Shown in pieces: positions 1-10,000 of a DNA stretch of 64,000 nt (position 1 is the first letter of the stretch; each line of letters begins with the position of its first letter). Position numbers and translations under genes: made by a program. The DNA lies in IMG/VR virus record IMGVR_UViG_3300045283_000116, positions 20,693 through 84,692 of that record; one strand, 5' to 3'. The DNA comes from a virus. The notes under the pieces are model-generated. The model ran no database searches. It saw only the letters and a program-made list of their open reading frames with translations, and had not been told where the DNA came from.

Positions 1-1
1 G

Positions 2-220
2 CTCATCAAGCCGGACGCGGCCTACGTGCCGGGGGACCTGATCGGCTGGGACCCGGCCGGTGCGCGGCCACAGGGCAAGGGGCAGACGAACGGGACGGGT
101 TCGTGGATGCGCGGCGTTGCCGCGGCGAACGCGCTGTTCACCGTCCAGGAGTTCCGGCCGTACAACACGGCGGGGACCGAGGGCGTTCTCACCGTCAGGA
201 GTCTCCGCGGCCAGTTCTAG
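2..220 (+). CDS. 5'-truncated structural protein (possible capsid decoration protein)
   Basis: Frame open from the window start; lies immediately upstream of the major capsid gene. Confidence 0.45.
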   Translation, partial: LIKPDAAYVPGDLIGWDPAGARPQGKGQTNGTGSWMRGVAAANALFTVQEFRPYNTAGTEGVLTVRSLRGQF

Positions 221-253
221 GCGTCCGCGGCAAATCACGAGTAAGGAGCACAC

Positions 254-1192
254 ATGGACGCCGTCATCTTCAACACGCTGGCGAAGGTCGCCGCGGAGAC
301 GGACAAGGTCAAGCGGGCACAGCTCAAGGCCGAGACGAACATCGAACTCGCGTCGCACTTCGCGCGTCACGGCATGGACATGGAGGAGCTCGCGTACGAC
401 CTCCTGAACCAGGCGTGGGGCGACGCGATGCAGGGCAACATCGTCGGCTCGGTTATCGAGGTCAAGACGGTCGGCCTCGGCGATGTCGATTTCGTGGAGG
501 AGAACCTCCGCGGGATGCGCGCGTACTGGCAGGGCAAGGGCGGCCAGATCCGCTCGGACATCCTGCGCTACGAGCGTTCCCAGATGCCGCGTGAGGAGAT
601 CGTCGCGGCGATCGACATGCACCAGGACGAGCTCGCGCTCAACTTCTGGGGCTCGCTCGACAAGCTGTCCAGCCACGCGCAGGACAAGATGGAGATCCTC
701 CCGGCGCAGCGGCTCATCGAGCTCATCCAGGCCGCGATCACGACGGGCACGTACTTCGGTTCGTTCGCCGCCGCGACGCTGACCGACACGCAGATCGACA
801 CGATCCTCGACGCCGTGGCGCTGCGGTCCGGCGGCAAGGTCTCGATCCTCGGAACCTCCGTGGCGATCCGCAAGCTCGCCAACGTGGGTCTCGACTTCGG
901 TCCCAACATCCAGGAGCGGGTGTTCGAGACCGGCCAGATCGCGACCTACAAGGGCTACCCCGTCGTGCAGGTGGAGAACTTCGAGAACTTCGAGGGCAAC
1001 TTCGTCCTGCCGAACAACGAGCTCTGGTTCGTCGGGCGCAACGCCGGTCGGCTGACCTACTACGGCAGCACCGCCAAGGTCCAGCAGTTGAAGCTCCCGA
1101 GCTTCTACTTCCGCTGGGAGACCGCGCGCGATGCCGGGATGCTGCTCTACGGCGTGGCGAAGGGGCGTCTGGGCCGCGTCGTTCTGACCTAG
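254..1192 (+). CDS. major capsid protein
   Basis: 312 aa, strong AAGGAG RBS, highly biased codons, followed by a hairpin and head-tail genes; size and position fit an HK97-fold capsid. Confidence 0.75.
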   Translation: MDAVIFNTLAKVAAETDKVKRAQLKAETNIELASHFARHGMDMEELAYDLLNQAWGDAMQGNIVGSVIEVKTVGLGDVDFVEENLRGMRAYWQGKGGQIRSDILRYERSQMPREEIVAAIDMHQDELALNFWGSLDKLSSHAQDKMEILPAQRLIELIQAAITTGTYFGSFAAATLTDTQIDTILDAVALRSGGKVSILGTSVAIRKLANVGLDFGPNIQERVFETGQIATYKGYPVVQVENFENFEGNFVLPNNELWFVGRNAGRLTYYGSTAKVQQLKLPSFYFRWETARDAGMLLYGVAKGRLGRVVLT

Positions 1193-1213
1193 TCCCTGCC
1201 GGGGCGTGGGATT

Positions 1214-1241
1214 GAGCGGGCGGTTGAAAAGCCGCCCGTTC
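1214..1241 (+). terminator. stem-loop after the capsid gene
   Basis: GAGCGGGCGG-TTGAAAAG-CCGCCCGTTC inverted repeat. Confidence 0.55.
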
Positions 1242-1251
1242 TGCTGTCTGG

Positions 1252-1265
1252 AGTCGTAGATTAGG
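1252..1265 (+). promoter_or_regulatory. AGTCGTAGATTAGG motif copy 1 (putative late promoter element)
   Basis: Exact 14-mer also at 3899 and 27274, each just upstream of a + strand gene start. Confidence 0.6.
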
Positions 1266-1297
1266 AACGGCAAACGGCTCCCTGTGGAGGACTGGCA

Positions 1298-1666
1298 ATG
1301 GCGAAGGTGAAGACAACGCGGTTCCGCAATACGAGCGCCGGATACGTCGGCGTGTCGAAGTACAAGCCCAACGGCGACGAGGACGCGATCGCCGTTGAGC
1401 CGCACGGCACCGTGGAGCTCACGGACGAGGAGATCGAACTCACCGCCCGCGCGCCGAGGGAGCTCAAGGACAACCCGTTCCTGCCGCAGCGCTTCGAGAT
1501 CCGCGACCAGAACACGGACGAGTTGATCGAGGAGGGCACCCGGCCGCTCCTGGTCGTCGACACGTCCGAGGTCTTCGTGCCGGATACCGGCAGCTTCGCC
1601 GAGGGCGAGGAGGTCGGCACTCCCGCCGCACGCAGGGTGCGCCGTCGTGCGAAGGCCGAGGCGTAG
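1298..1666 (+). CDS. hypothetical virion-module protein
   Basis: 122 aa, GGAGG RBS, coupled to the next gene. Confidence 0.7.
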   Translation: MAKVKTTRFRNTSAGYVGVSKYKPNGDEDAIAVEPHGTVELTDEEIELTARAPRELKDNPFLPQRFEIRDQNTDELIEEGTRPLLVVDTSEVFVPDTGSFAEGEEVGTPAARRVRRRAKAEA

Positions 1667-2241
1667 TGGCCGTCACCGTCGACGAGACGCTGACCGACAT
1701 TCGGGTGCTCACCCCGCGGATCAGGCGCGCCCTCGAAGGTACGGGCGCGCCGGTCCTGACCGACGACCAGATCAAGGACATCACTGCCGACGCGATGGCG
1801 GACGTGACGCTGTATCTCGGCAGCGTCTTCGGCAAGCAGTTGGTCGTCACGGAGACGGACGCGAACGGCGCGCCGATCGAATACGCCACCACGGAGGAGC
1901 TCAGCCTCCAGGAGGGCTCGGTCATCGCGGCCCAGGCGGCGCTGGACTACTTCTTCTTCCAGTTCGCCGGGATGAAGGTCTCGGAGACGATCTCGGACGA
2001 GGCGTCGTCGTGGGAGTACGCGCTGTCGCCGTCGCTGCTCGCCAACCAGCTCAAGCTGTTGCAGCAGGAGCGCGACAAGGCGCTGGAGGCGCTGGCGGGC
2101 AACATGGACCCGCTGGAGCACTTCATGGACTTCGTCTACGCGCGCGACGCGGTAACGGCACGCATGATCGAGCCGTGGGTCCTCAACCAGGGCGTCGGCG
2201 GGCAGGCGGGCTTCTTCGACGAGCGCTTCGGGACGTACTAG
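1666..2241 (+). CDS. putative head-to-tail adaptor
   Basis: 191 aa helical protein; synteny after the capsid gene. Confidence 0.55.
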   Translation: MAVTVDETLTDIRVLTPRIRRALEGTGAPVLTDDQIKDITADAMADVTLYLGSVFGKQLVVTETDANGAPIEYATTEELSLQEGSVIAAQAALDYFFFQFAGMKVSETISDEASSWEYALSPSLLANQLKLLQQERDKALEALAGNMDPLEHFMDFVYARDAVTARMIEPWVLNQGVGGQAGFFDERFGTY

Positions 2242-2699
2242 TGGTCGTCATCACGCCCGATCTGGCGGGCTACGAGGAGGCCCACAACCGGGCTCGCGAC
2301 TACATGGGCGTGCCGATCGTCCTGTTCGGCCCGGTGGAGAGCACCTGGCCGCCGGGCACACCGGTCGATCCTCTGACTGGAGTCCCGATGGACCCGACGC
2401 TCGAGCCCATCTCCTCGGCCGCGGCTTCGGCGCTCGTCCACGGCAAGGTCGGCTTCCGGGCGGTGATCCGCGGGTTTAGCGCAGGCTCGTCGGAGGACAA
2501 GTCGGCCGGAGTCATGGACCGCGCCGACGTGATGCTGATCCTGCCGTCTGCCGCTGCGTCCGCGGTCACCGCGATCGACGCCCAGAGCTTCGAGGCGCGC
2601 GACTGGACCTGCAAGATCGAGACCTACAAGTTCGACGGCGTCGCCGGGATCGACCGCTTCCTGATCTACGGTAGGCGCATCTCGGAGCCACGGCTGTGA
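2241..2699 (+). CDS. putative head-to-tail stopper
   Basis: GTG overlaps the upstream TAG; 152 aa beta-rich; synteny. Confidence 0.5.
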   Translation: MVVITPDLAGYEEAHNRARDYMGVPIVLFGPVESTWPPGTPVDPLTGVPMDPTLEPISSAAASALVHGKVGFRAVIRGFSAGSSEDKSAGVMDRADVMLILPSAAASAVTAIDAQSFEARDWTCKIETYKFDGVAGIDRFLIYGRRISEPRL

Positions 2700-3181
2700 T
2701 CTCCCGCGAAGACCTGATCGACAAGTCCGTCCGCGAGTTCGCCCGGCAGTATCTCGTCACGCGCGGCTACGGGCCGGACAAGCTGCGCTGGATCGAGAGC
2801 TTCCCGCACTCGCTGGAGTCGCTGGACGGCGTGTCACTCGCCGCGGTCGGCTTCAACTTCGACGACGAGGGTCGCGAGGCCGAGATGGGCTCGTCGCTCA
2901 CAGAGCGCAACTACACGATCGAGTTCTTCGTCTTCGGCGTCGACATGGAGATCGCGCGCAACGTCGCGAACTGGATGAAGTTCGCACTGGAGTCCGACGA
3001 ACAGGGCACGCTCCCGCTCATGGACTACGGCCAAGACCCGCCTGTCGAGATCGACCGGCTGCGCGTCGACGGCGTGTCGACGCATCACCAGGCGTTCCTT
3101 GACCCCGAGCCGTGGCAGGAGTTCACCTGGCTCACGACCGTCCGCGTGGAGGACATCTACTACGCCTCGACGCTGGCCTGA
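2696..3181 (+). CDS. putative tail terminator
   Basis: 161 aa, GTGA overlap; synteny. Confidence 0.5.
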   Translation: MISREDLIDKSVREFARQYLVTRGYGPDKLRWIESFPHSLESLDGVSLAAVGFNFDDEGREAEMGSSLTERNYTIEFFVFGVDMEIARNVANWMKFALESDEQGTLPLMDYGQDPPVEIDRLRVDGVSTHHQAFLDPEPWQEFTWLTTVRVEDIYYASTLA

Positions 3182-3876
3182 TGGCGCAGTGGTACGACAT
3201 CTTCGTCGTCGAGGATGTCGGGCCGATCTACGAGCACTTCGACCGCATCATCATCCAACTCAGGGAGCTTGAGGCCGCGGGCGTTGCGGGCATCGCGGGA
3301 GCGGGGTTCCTGGCGAGGGTCCAGAAGTCGCTCCTGAACTTCATGGACGGGCTGGAGTTGGCGGCTCGCACCGCGGCGGTCCAAGCCCAGCAGGAGATCG
3401 TCGGGAAGATCGCGGCAACCCAGGTCCGCCCCGACACCGGGCGACGCCCCGGCCTGGCTGCTGCGATACGCACGGCGGTGCTGGAGCCACGCGGGGGCCT
3501 GCCGACCGGGGCGGTCGGCGTCGGCAACATCAATACGCTCGATCGCCTCACGACACGGAGCGGCAGGATGGCGCGCTACGGCCCGTACTGGCGTTCCCAG
3601 GAGTACGGCTTCCGGCCGCGCGGTCGCCAGCTTTCGGGCATCCGCGGCTTCTTCACGGGACCGGGCTTCGGGAACGTCGCGCCGAGTCCCGGCGCGTTCC
3701 GCGATCAGCCCACATTCGAGGCCCGGCGCGGCGGACCTCTGATGCGTCCGAGCGGCTACCAGGGCCGGTTCTTCCTGCGTGACGGCTCCGCCGCCGCCTT
3801 CGCCGCCTACAAGCGGGAGCTCCTGGCGCTCCAGGACCGGATCGACGCCGAGCTCGCGCCGATCCTCCGCTACTGA
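3181..3876 (+). CDS. putative neck/tail-completion protein (HK97 gp10-like)
   Basis: ATG overlaps the upstream TGA; basic, with a YWRSQEYG...GRFFLRD pattern. Confidence 0.45.
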   Translation: MAQWYDIFVVEDVGPIYEHFDRIIIQLRELEAAGVAGIAGAGFLARVQKSLLNFMDGLELAARTAAVQAQQEIVGKIAATQVRPDTGRRPGLAAAIRTAVLEPRGGLPTGAVGVGNINTLDRLTTRSGRMARYGPYWRSQEYGFRPRGRQLSGIRGFFTGPGFGNVAPSPGAFRDQPTFEARRGGPLMRPSGYQGRFFLRDGSAAAFAAYKRELLALQDRIDAELAPILRY

Positions 3877-3898
3877 GCGTCTGTCAGAGAGCGCCTCC

Positions 3899-3912
3899 AG
3901 TCGTAGATTAGG
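3899..3912 (+). promoter_or_regulatory. AGTCGTAGATTAGG motif copy 2
   Basis: Exact repeat, upstream of the tail genes. Confidence 0.6.
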
Positions 3913-3942
3913 AGCGCAACGGCGACGTAGGCAAGGACTGGC

Positions 3943-4206
3943 GTGGACCGAGAGCAGTATCTCCACAGGCGGAAGGCGAAGTACATGGCTCAGACGCTTG
4001 AGGAGTTCGAGAACAAGATCGAGCCCCTCTTGCCGGACACGACAGAAGCACGCGAGGCGCGGGACCACTTCAAGGGCCTGTGCCGAGGGCGCTTCAACGG
4101 ACTGGCAGTCGACGGCTGTGAACTGCTCAAGCTGGATGGGATTTCCGAGATCAACGGCGTCGCGCAAGGCATTCGAGACCAACTTTCGCCCGTCGGCCGA
4201 CCCTGA
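3943..4206 (+). CDS. hypothetical protein
   Basis: 87 aa, AAGGA RBS. Confidence 0.65.
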   Translation: MDREQYLHRRKAKYMAQTLEEFENKIEPLLPDTTEAREARDHFKGLCRGRFNGLAVDGCELLKLDGISEINGVAQGIRDQLSPVGRP

Positions 4207-4227
4207 CACCAGGAGCAACGAGACCAT

Positions 4228-5493
4228 ATGAGCGTCAACGCCGGTTCCATCATCCACGTCGCGGGCAACAGCGTCATCGACCGTCTCCAGTCGGCCGGTC
4301 TGAGCAACGTCAACGTCCCGCTGACGGTCGTCCAGGAGATCGGCAACGACTCGATCGTCGACAAGATCCCCGGCGACCCGCAGTTCACGTTCTCGATGGA
4401 GTCGTGGGATGTCTCCACCGAGCTCGAAGCCCTCCTCATGGGCGAGCACGCCACCAGCGGCAGCTTCGCATCCGGCCAGGCGCTCGACGTGACGGACGCG
4501 GACGGCACCGAGTACAAGTTCTCCAAGTGCCAGTACGTCACGATCGCCTCGCCGTGGAAGGACCCGCTGTCCTCCGGTGGCGTCGTCAACGCGGGCCATC
4601 TTGTTCCCGCCTACTGGCCGACCCGGATCAGCTACTCCTACGGTGTCAGCGACCAGGCCGCGGAGACCGTCGAGCTCTCGGGCGGGGCGTTCTACTACGC
4701 CAAGGGCGCGCCGGTCGAGCAGTTCGCCGCGGGCGGGTCCGCGAGCTACGTCACGTCGGACCCGGCGATCCCGTACCGCATCGGCGGCGCGGCGGGCACG
4801 ACGTTCAAGTCCGTCTTCGGCGTGATCGTCAACGGCGCGGTGATGATCGAGGGCGTCGACTACACGTCGACGCCGACCAACTCGCCGAACCCGGCCGTCG
4901 CCACCATCACGTTCACCACGGCGACCCCGGCCACGGACGTGAACGGCCAGCCGACCGTCGTCAAGTTCTCCTACTTCACGACCGCGGCCAAGTCGTTCCC
5001 GCAGCCGGTCCACGCGAGCGTCATCACGAAGCCGGGCGCGGTCCGCGGCCGCAACATCTGCGTCTACCTGACCGATGCGAAGCTCAAGCTGGCGAGCGTC
5101 CAGCAGTTCACGCTGGAGGGCACCGTCACCGGTCAGTTCGACTACGAGTTCTGCAACATGGACTCGATCGGCTACACGGTCACGCAGCGCGACGTGAACG
5201 GCACGATCACCGTGCGCTCGCGCGACGCGGCAGCGTTCTTCTCGATGCTGTCGGAGATGACCGGCGTCGCCCCGGCCGAGGTCCAGGGCTGGCTGAACCA
5301 GAACGCGATCAAGCTCGAGGTCCAGATCCAGAACCCGAAGAACCCGGCGGCGATCCTCAAGACGCTGTACGTGTCGGACGCGATCTTCCAGACCCCGGCG
5401 ACCCCGGCCCGCGTGAACACGCCGACCGATTTCGTCATCAACTACACGAGCCAGAGCGGTGAGTTCTCGGCGTTCAAGGGGTTGAGGCCCTGA
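4228..5493 (+). CDS. major tail (tube) protein
   Basis: 421 aa, S/T/G/V-rich, AGGAG RBS, precedes chaperone and tape measure. Confidence 0.75.
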   Translation: MSVNAGSIIHVAGNSVIDRLQSAGLSNVNVPLTVVQEIGNDSIVDKIPGDPQFTFSMESWDVSTELEALLMGEHATSGSFASGQALDVTDADGTEYKFSKCQYVTIASPWKDPLSSGGVVNAGHLVPAYWPTRISYSYGVSDQAAETVELSGGAFYYAKGAPVEQFAAGGSASYVTSDPAIPYRIGGAAGTTFKSVFGVIVNGAVMIEGVDYTSTPTNSPNPAVATITFTTATPATDVNGQPTVVKFSYFTTAAKSFPQPVHASVITKPGAVRGRNICVYLTDAKLKLASVQQFTLEGTVTGQFDYEFCNMDSIGYTVTQRDVNGTITVRSRDAAAFFSMLSEMTGVAPAEVQGWLNQNAIKLEVQIQNPKNPAAILKTLYVSDAIFQTPATPARVNTPTDFVINYTSQSGEFSAFKGLRP

Positions 5494-5783
5494 TGGCACA
5501 GGTCCACCAGTTCGGGGCGGGCGACAAGGGCGGCATCGTCGACCGGGTCAGCCTGCTCGCGATGGTCAATGGTCTCGGCGGGCGGGTTCCGACGCCGGTC
5601 AAGGCGAGCCGGGTCGCCCGGTTCCTGCACCCGCGGGGCACCATCACGACGGCGGAAGTTCGCGCCGTTGCGGCGTCGAACGCGACGCTCGTGACCGACG
5701 ACGGCTCCGGCAACCTCACGCTCACGGGCACGGGGCTCAGGCAGGCGCGCTCGCGCATGTCCCCGAGGTACTGCATCCGATAG
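5493..5783 (+). CDS. hypothetical protein
   Basis: 96 aa, TGATG coupling. Confidence 0.55.
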   Translation: MAQVHQFGAGDKGGIVDRVSLLAMVNGLGGRVPTPVKASRVARFLHPRGTITTAEVRAVAASNATLVTDDGSGNLTLTGTGLRQARSRMSPRYCIR

Positions 5784-5884
5784 CACCCCTCATAGGGCTG
5801 ACGGCCCGCTCGACGGCACAAGCGGCTCATGGAGCCAGGCAAGCAGGAAAGGCGCGACTCCGGTCGCACGGCGAAAGGAACGAT

Positions 5885-6760
5885 ATGACCGACGTAGCTG
5901 TCGAGGAGATCGAGGAAGTCACCGTAGTGCCCGACGAGATGAGCCCGGAACTCCGGGCTCTGTTCACGTTCTCGACGTGGGTCCACGTCGGTCTGGGGGC
6001 GGAGGAGTGCGACGCCGTCGACACGGAGGCGGGGACGAACGGGTGCGTGGACCCGGCGCACATCCACGTCTGGTGCCGCCTGCCCAACGGCCTCCAGCTT
6101 CGCGTCATCGCGGAGAAGGCGCGGGCGGCCAAGGCCCGGCGCGCGCGCGAGCTTCGCGACGACCAGACCGACTCGCACGCCGTCCTCGAAGACGAGGTCG
6201 CCGACCTGATCGACGCGGGCGAGAAGGAGCCGCTCGTGGACGTGCTCGTCGGCCGCGAGTGGTTCAAGCACTACCTGCGCGCACGCAACGAGGTCGAAGC
6301 CACCGAGGCCGAGCCCGACGAGGACGACGGGCCATTCGCGCACATCGACGACGACCAGGAGCGCCTGCTGGCGATCAGCCGGATGCCCGAGGCCGATCAG
6401 CCGAAGGACGAACGGGAGTCGCTGGATAAGCACGTCCGCCGCTACCAGGATCTCGTCGAGGCCAAGCTGGAGGAGTACCTCGAGCCCGAGCGCGAGGGTC
6501 TGCGGCTACTGGAGATGGAGGCGCTGGTCGAGCGAGTCCGCCGCGACCTCATCCAGCAGGACGCGATGGCCGTCTTCCAGCACGAGTACGCCATCCATGA
6601 GTGGCTGCTGTGCACCACGGACGCGCCGCACGGCAAGCGGCGCTGGATGACCGCCGAGGACATGGAGAACGAGCCGCCGGAACTCATCGACACCGTCAAG
6701 GACGCCTACGAGCGTCTGGAGCGCGAGCAGAGGACGCTGACCCAGGGAAAAGCCTCCTGA
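5885..6760 (+). CDS. tail assembly chaperone (G)
   Basis: Acidic 291 aa, ends just after a slippery G GGA AAA site. Confidence 0.8.
   Translation: MTDVAVEEIEEVTVVPDEMSPELRALFTFSTWVHVGLGAEECDAVDTEAGTNGCVDPAHIHVWCRLPNGLQLRVIAEKARAAKARRARELRDDQTDSHAVLEDEVADLIDAGEKEPLVDVLVGREWFKHYLRARNEVEATEAEPDEDDGPFAHIDDDQERLLAISRMPEADQPKDERESLDKHVRRYQDLVEAKLEEYLEPEREGLRLLEMEALVERVRRDLIQQDAMAVFQHEYAIHEWLLCTTDAPHGKRRWMTAEDMENEPPELIDTVKDAYERLEREQRTLTQGKAS
6745..6751 (+). other. -1 programmed ribosomal frameshift site
   Basis: X XXY YYZ heptamer GGGAAAA; the -1 frame stays open to 7077 (GKSLLTSDEW...). Confidence 0.85.
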
Positions 6761-7077
6761 CCTCGGACGAGTGGCTGAGCATCGTCAAGCTCGCCCGCGA
6801 CCTGGGGTCGATCGACCACCTACTGCCAGATCACGTTGAAAGCCTCATCGACATCCCGTACACGCTGGCCGCAGCCATCAGCCTTGCGACGACAGTCTGG
6901 AATTGGCGCGAGAACCTCGCGTCCGACGAGATCCCTCCGCGGCACATCTGGCTGGACGGTGAGCTTGTGACCGACTGGTTCGCCGAGGTCGACGCCGCCC
7001 GCGAGCGCAAGTACAAGGGCGAGCCGGACGGGGAGCAGAACGAGGCCGTGAACGCCCTGGTGGTCGGCGATGGCTGA
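6745..7077 (+). CDS. tail assembly chaperone frameshift extension (GT)
   Basis: Open -1 frame overlapping the tape measure start. Confidence 0.8.
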   Translation, partial: GKSLLTSDEWLSIVKLARDLGSIDHLLPDHVESLIDIPYTLAAAISLATTVWNWRENLASDEIPPRHIWLDGELVTDWFAEVDAARERKYKGEPDGEQNEAVNALVVGDG

Positions 7078-10000
7078 TCGCAGCATCAACCCCGAGACCA
7101 ACGTCAAGCTCGACAAGCTCGAGTCGACCGTCTCGCGTTTGGACACCCGCCTCGGGCAGGAGGCGCAGATCGCACGGGAGAACGCGGCGAAAGTCGAACG
7201 CGCCGCTACGCGCCGCGCTGCCGCCGCGGAGCGAGGGACTGCACCCGCGGCGGGACCGACCGAGAAGGCGACGATCGACGAGGCCACGCTGAGCACCGAG
7301 CGCCTCGTCAAGGCGCAGGCGGATGCGCTGGCCGCGGCGCGGCAACGGCTGGCGGTCGAGCAGGAGGAGGGCCGAGTCCTCGCCGCGAACGCGGCCACGA
7401 TCAGCGCGCAAGCTGAACGGGTCCGCGCGGCCGCGCGCCAAGAGAGCCCGCTGCTCCAAGCTGCGACTCGAGTCCAGCGTCTCAACGATCCGGCGCTGAT
7501 CCAGGCCCGTGCCGAGCAGGAGGCGGCGATCGCGGCCCGCGGCCGGGCGTACTCGTCGCAGAAACTTCTCGGCCCCGGCCCGCAGCCGACACCGCAGCTC
7601 CTCCTCGGCGCGGGTCCACAGCCACCGCCGCAACGCCTGCTCACGGCGGGCGAAGACCTGTCGAAGGTCGCCAAGGGCTACGGCGACATGGAGCACGCCC
7701 AGGCCGCCGCGGAAACCCAGACGGCTCGCTCGACCCAGACGACCAGCCTGTTCTCCCGCGAGCTACGAGAGCTCGACGCCCAGCTTGAGTACGAGGCGCG
7801 CGCCTACAACCTCGCGGCCGACGCTGCGGCCCGGCATGGCCTGCTGACCAGCGAGACGATCGGCTACATGGCGCGCGGTCAGGTGACGGCCCGCCAGTTC
7901 GGCGCGGAGATCCTCGGCACGATTGGCAAGTTCGCGGGCTGGACGGCCGCGGCGTCCCTGACCTTCGGCGCGGTTCGCGCGCTCGGCCTGCTGGGCAAGG
8001 GCGCGGTCGACGCGGCGTCCGGTGTCGGGCTCGTCTCGCGCGTCCTGAACAACGTCGACTCGTCGAAGCTCCAGCAGAGCTTCCGGGACCTCAGCGCGCA
8101 GTTCAACGTCCCGATCGAAGACACGGTGCAGGCGGTCTACGGCTCGGCCAAGGTCTTCAACGACCAGGCCGACGCGGTGCAGGGGGCCACGGTCGCGTTG
8201 TACGCGATGAAGGTCGGCGAGCTCACCGCCGCTCAGTCGACGCAGTACCTCAACGCGATCGTCAACGGCTTCAAGCTCACTGCCGCCGACCTGCTGCCCG
8301 TTCTCGACTCGGTCAACAACGTGCAGAACCGTTTTGGCGGCAACCAGGGCCAGCTCATCGCGGGCGTCGCCAAGGCTGCGGGCGCGTTCCGGCTGGCGGG
8401 CGGCAACTTCCGCGACCTGATCGCCCTGATCGAGACCGGCACGAAGCTGACCGGCGCGTCCGGGGAGAACGTTGGTACGGCGATCTCGCGCGCCGCGTCG
8501 AGACAGCTCACACCGCAGGGCGCTGCGGCCCTGCGGTCGGTCGGGATCACGCCGGGCGGCGGGTTCATGGACACCCTGACGCAGGCGGTCAAGCTCGCCA
8601 AGGACGCGTCGCCGGAGCAGGTCAACGCCCTCGCGCGAGCCCTGGTCCCTTCGGGTGGTCAATTCGCCCGGTTCTTCATCCCGATCATCCAGAACCCGCA
8701 GCTCTTGCGGCGGATTCAGGGCGCGGCCGGGGAGGACCAGGCTCAGGGTTCCGCCGCTCGCGAGTTGCGCCACGCCCTCGGGCAGGTCAACGAGCAGATC
8801 AGCGCCATCGGCCACGGGATCGAGCGACTCGGGTCGGCGTTTGCGTCGGCCGGTGGCCTCGGCGGCGTCGGACTGCTGGTTCGCGTCCTGAACCAGGGCC
8901 TCACGATGACGACGAGCCTGGTCGAGGAGATCAGCAAGATCCCCGGCATCAAGGTCGCCCTCCCGTTCCTTGAGCTGTACGGGATCGTCAGGGCGCTCAA
9001 GTTCTTCAACCTTGGCGGGTCGCTGCCGGGAGCCCAGCCGGGATCGCTTCGCGGCGGCATCCAGGGTCTCGTCACTGCGAGCCCGGAGCGGATTCAGAAC
9101 CGGGAGATCCTCAAGGACTTCGAGTCCGAGCGAAACCAGCTTTCCGGCGAGGCTCAGAACGCTGCGAGGGCAAGCCGCCTGGCCGCTTCGCGAGCGAAGA
9201 ACCTCGCGATCGCAGCAGAGCAGATGGCTGTCGGGACGGAGGAGCAGGAGGCGGCGGTAGAGCGCGCCAACGTCGCGTTCCGCAAGTCGACCGAGGCGGC
9301 GCTGCTCTCCGCGCAGAAGGCCGAGGAGTTCCAGGCGCTCAACGAGCGCGAGGGCATCTACCGCTCCCTCCAGAGGGGCGGGATGGCCCCCATCCCAGCG
9401 ATCACCGCCGCGGGCGGCAGGTTCGGGACCGGCACCCTGGAGCACGGGGCTGGTGGCGTACCGGTCGAGTACGCACGGTCGCTCGACGCGGCGGCCGTGG
9501 CCGACCACAGGGCCGCGGTGGAGGCGGAGGCGTCGGCGAGGACTCGGGCCACGGCGGCAGCCGATGTCGTGGCGGCCGAGGAGGTCGCAGGCGCGCGCCG
9601 GGTGGCGGTCGTGCGGGAGGGCGTCACCACCATCTCCGAGATCGAGGCGGTCGGGATGGCCGCAGTGGCGACCCGCTGGGAAGTCGGGATGGAGCGGATC
9701 ACCGCGGCCACCGTTGCCGGATTCGGCGTGATGGGAGCGGCGGTGAGGGTGGGACGCGCCGTCCCCGGTGCCGTTCGCACGGGGCTCGGAGCACGGATTG
9801 GCGGGCCGGTCGAAGCGCTGTTCGTCGCCGGGATCACCAGCAAGGCGATCTACGACCACTACGACAACTACGCCAAGCAGGAAAAGAGCTTCTCGGACGC
9901 GGCGAACGCCGGGACGGTGAACCTCGAGAAGACGGTTACGCAGGGCAAGGCGATCCAGAAGCAGAACGAGGTCACGGCGACAGGGCTGCTGAGCGACGTT

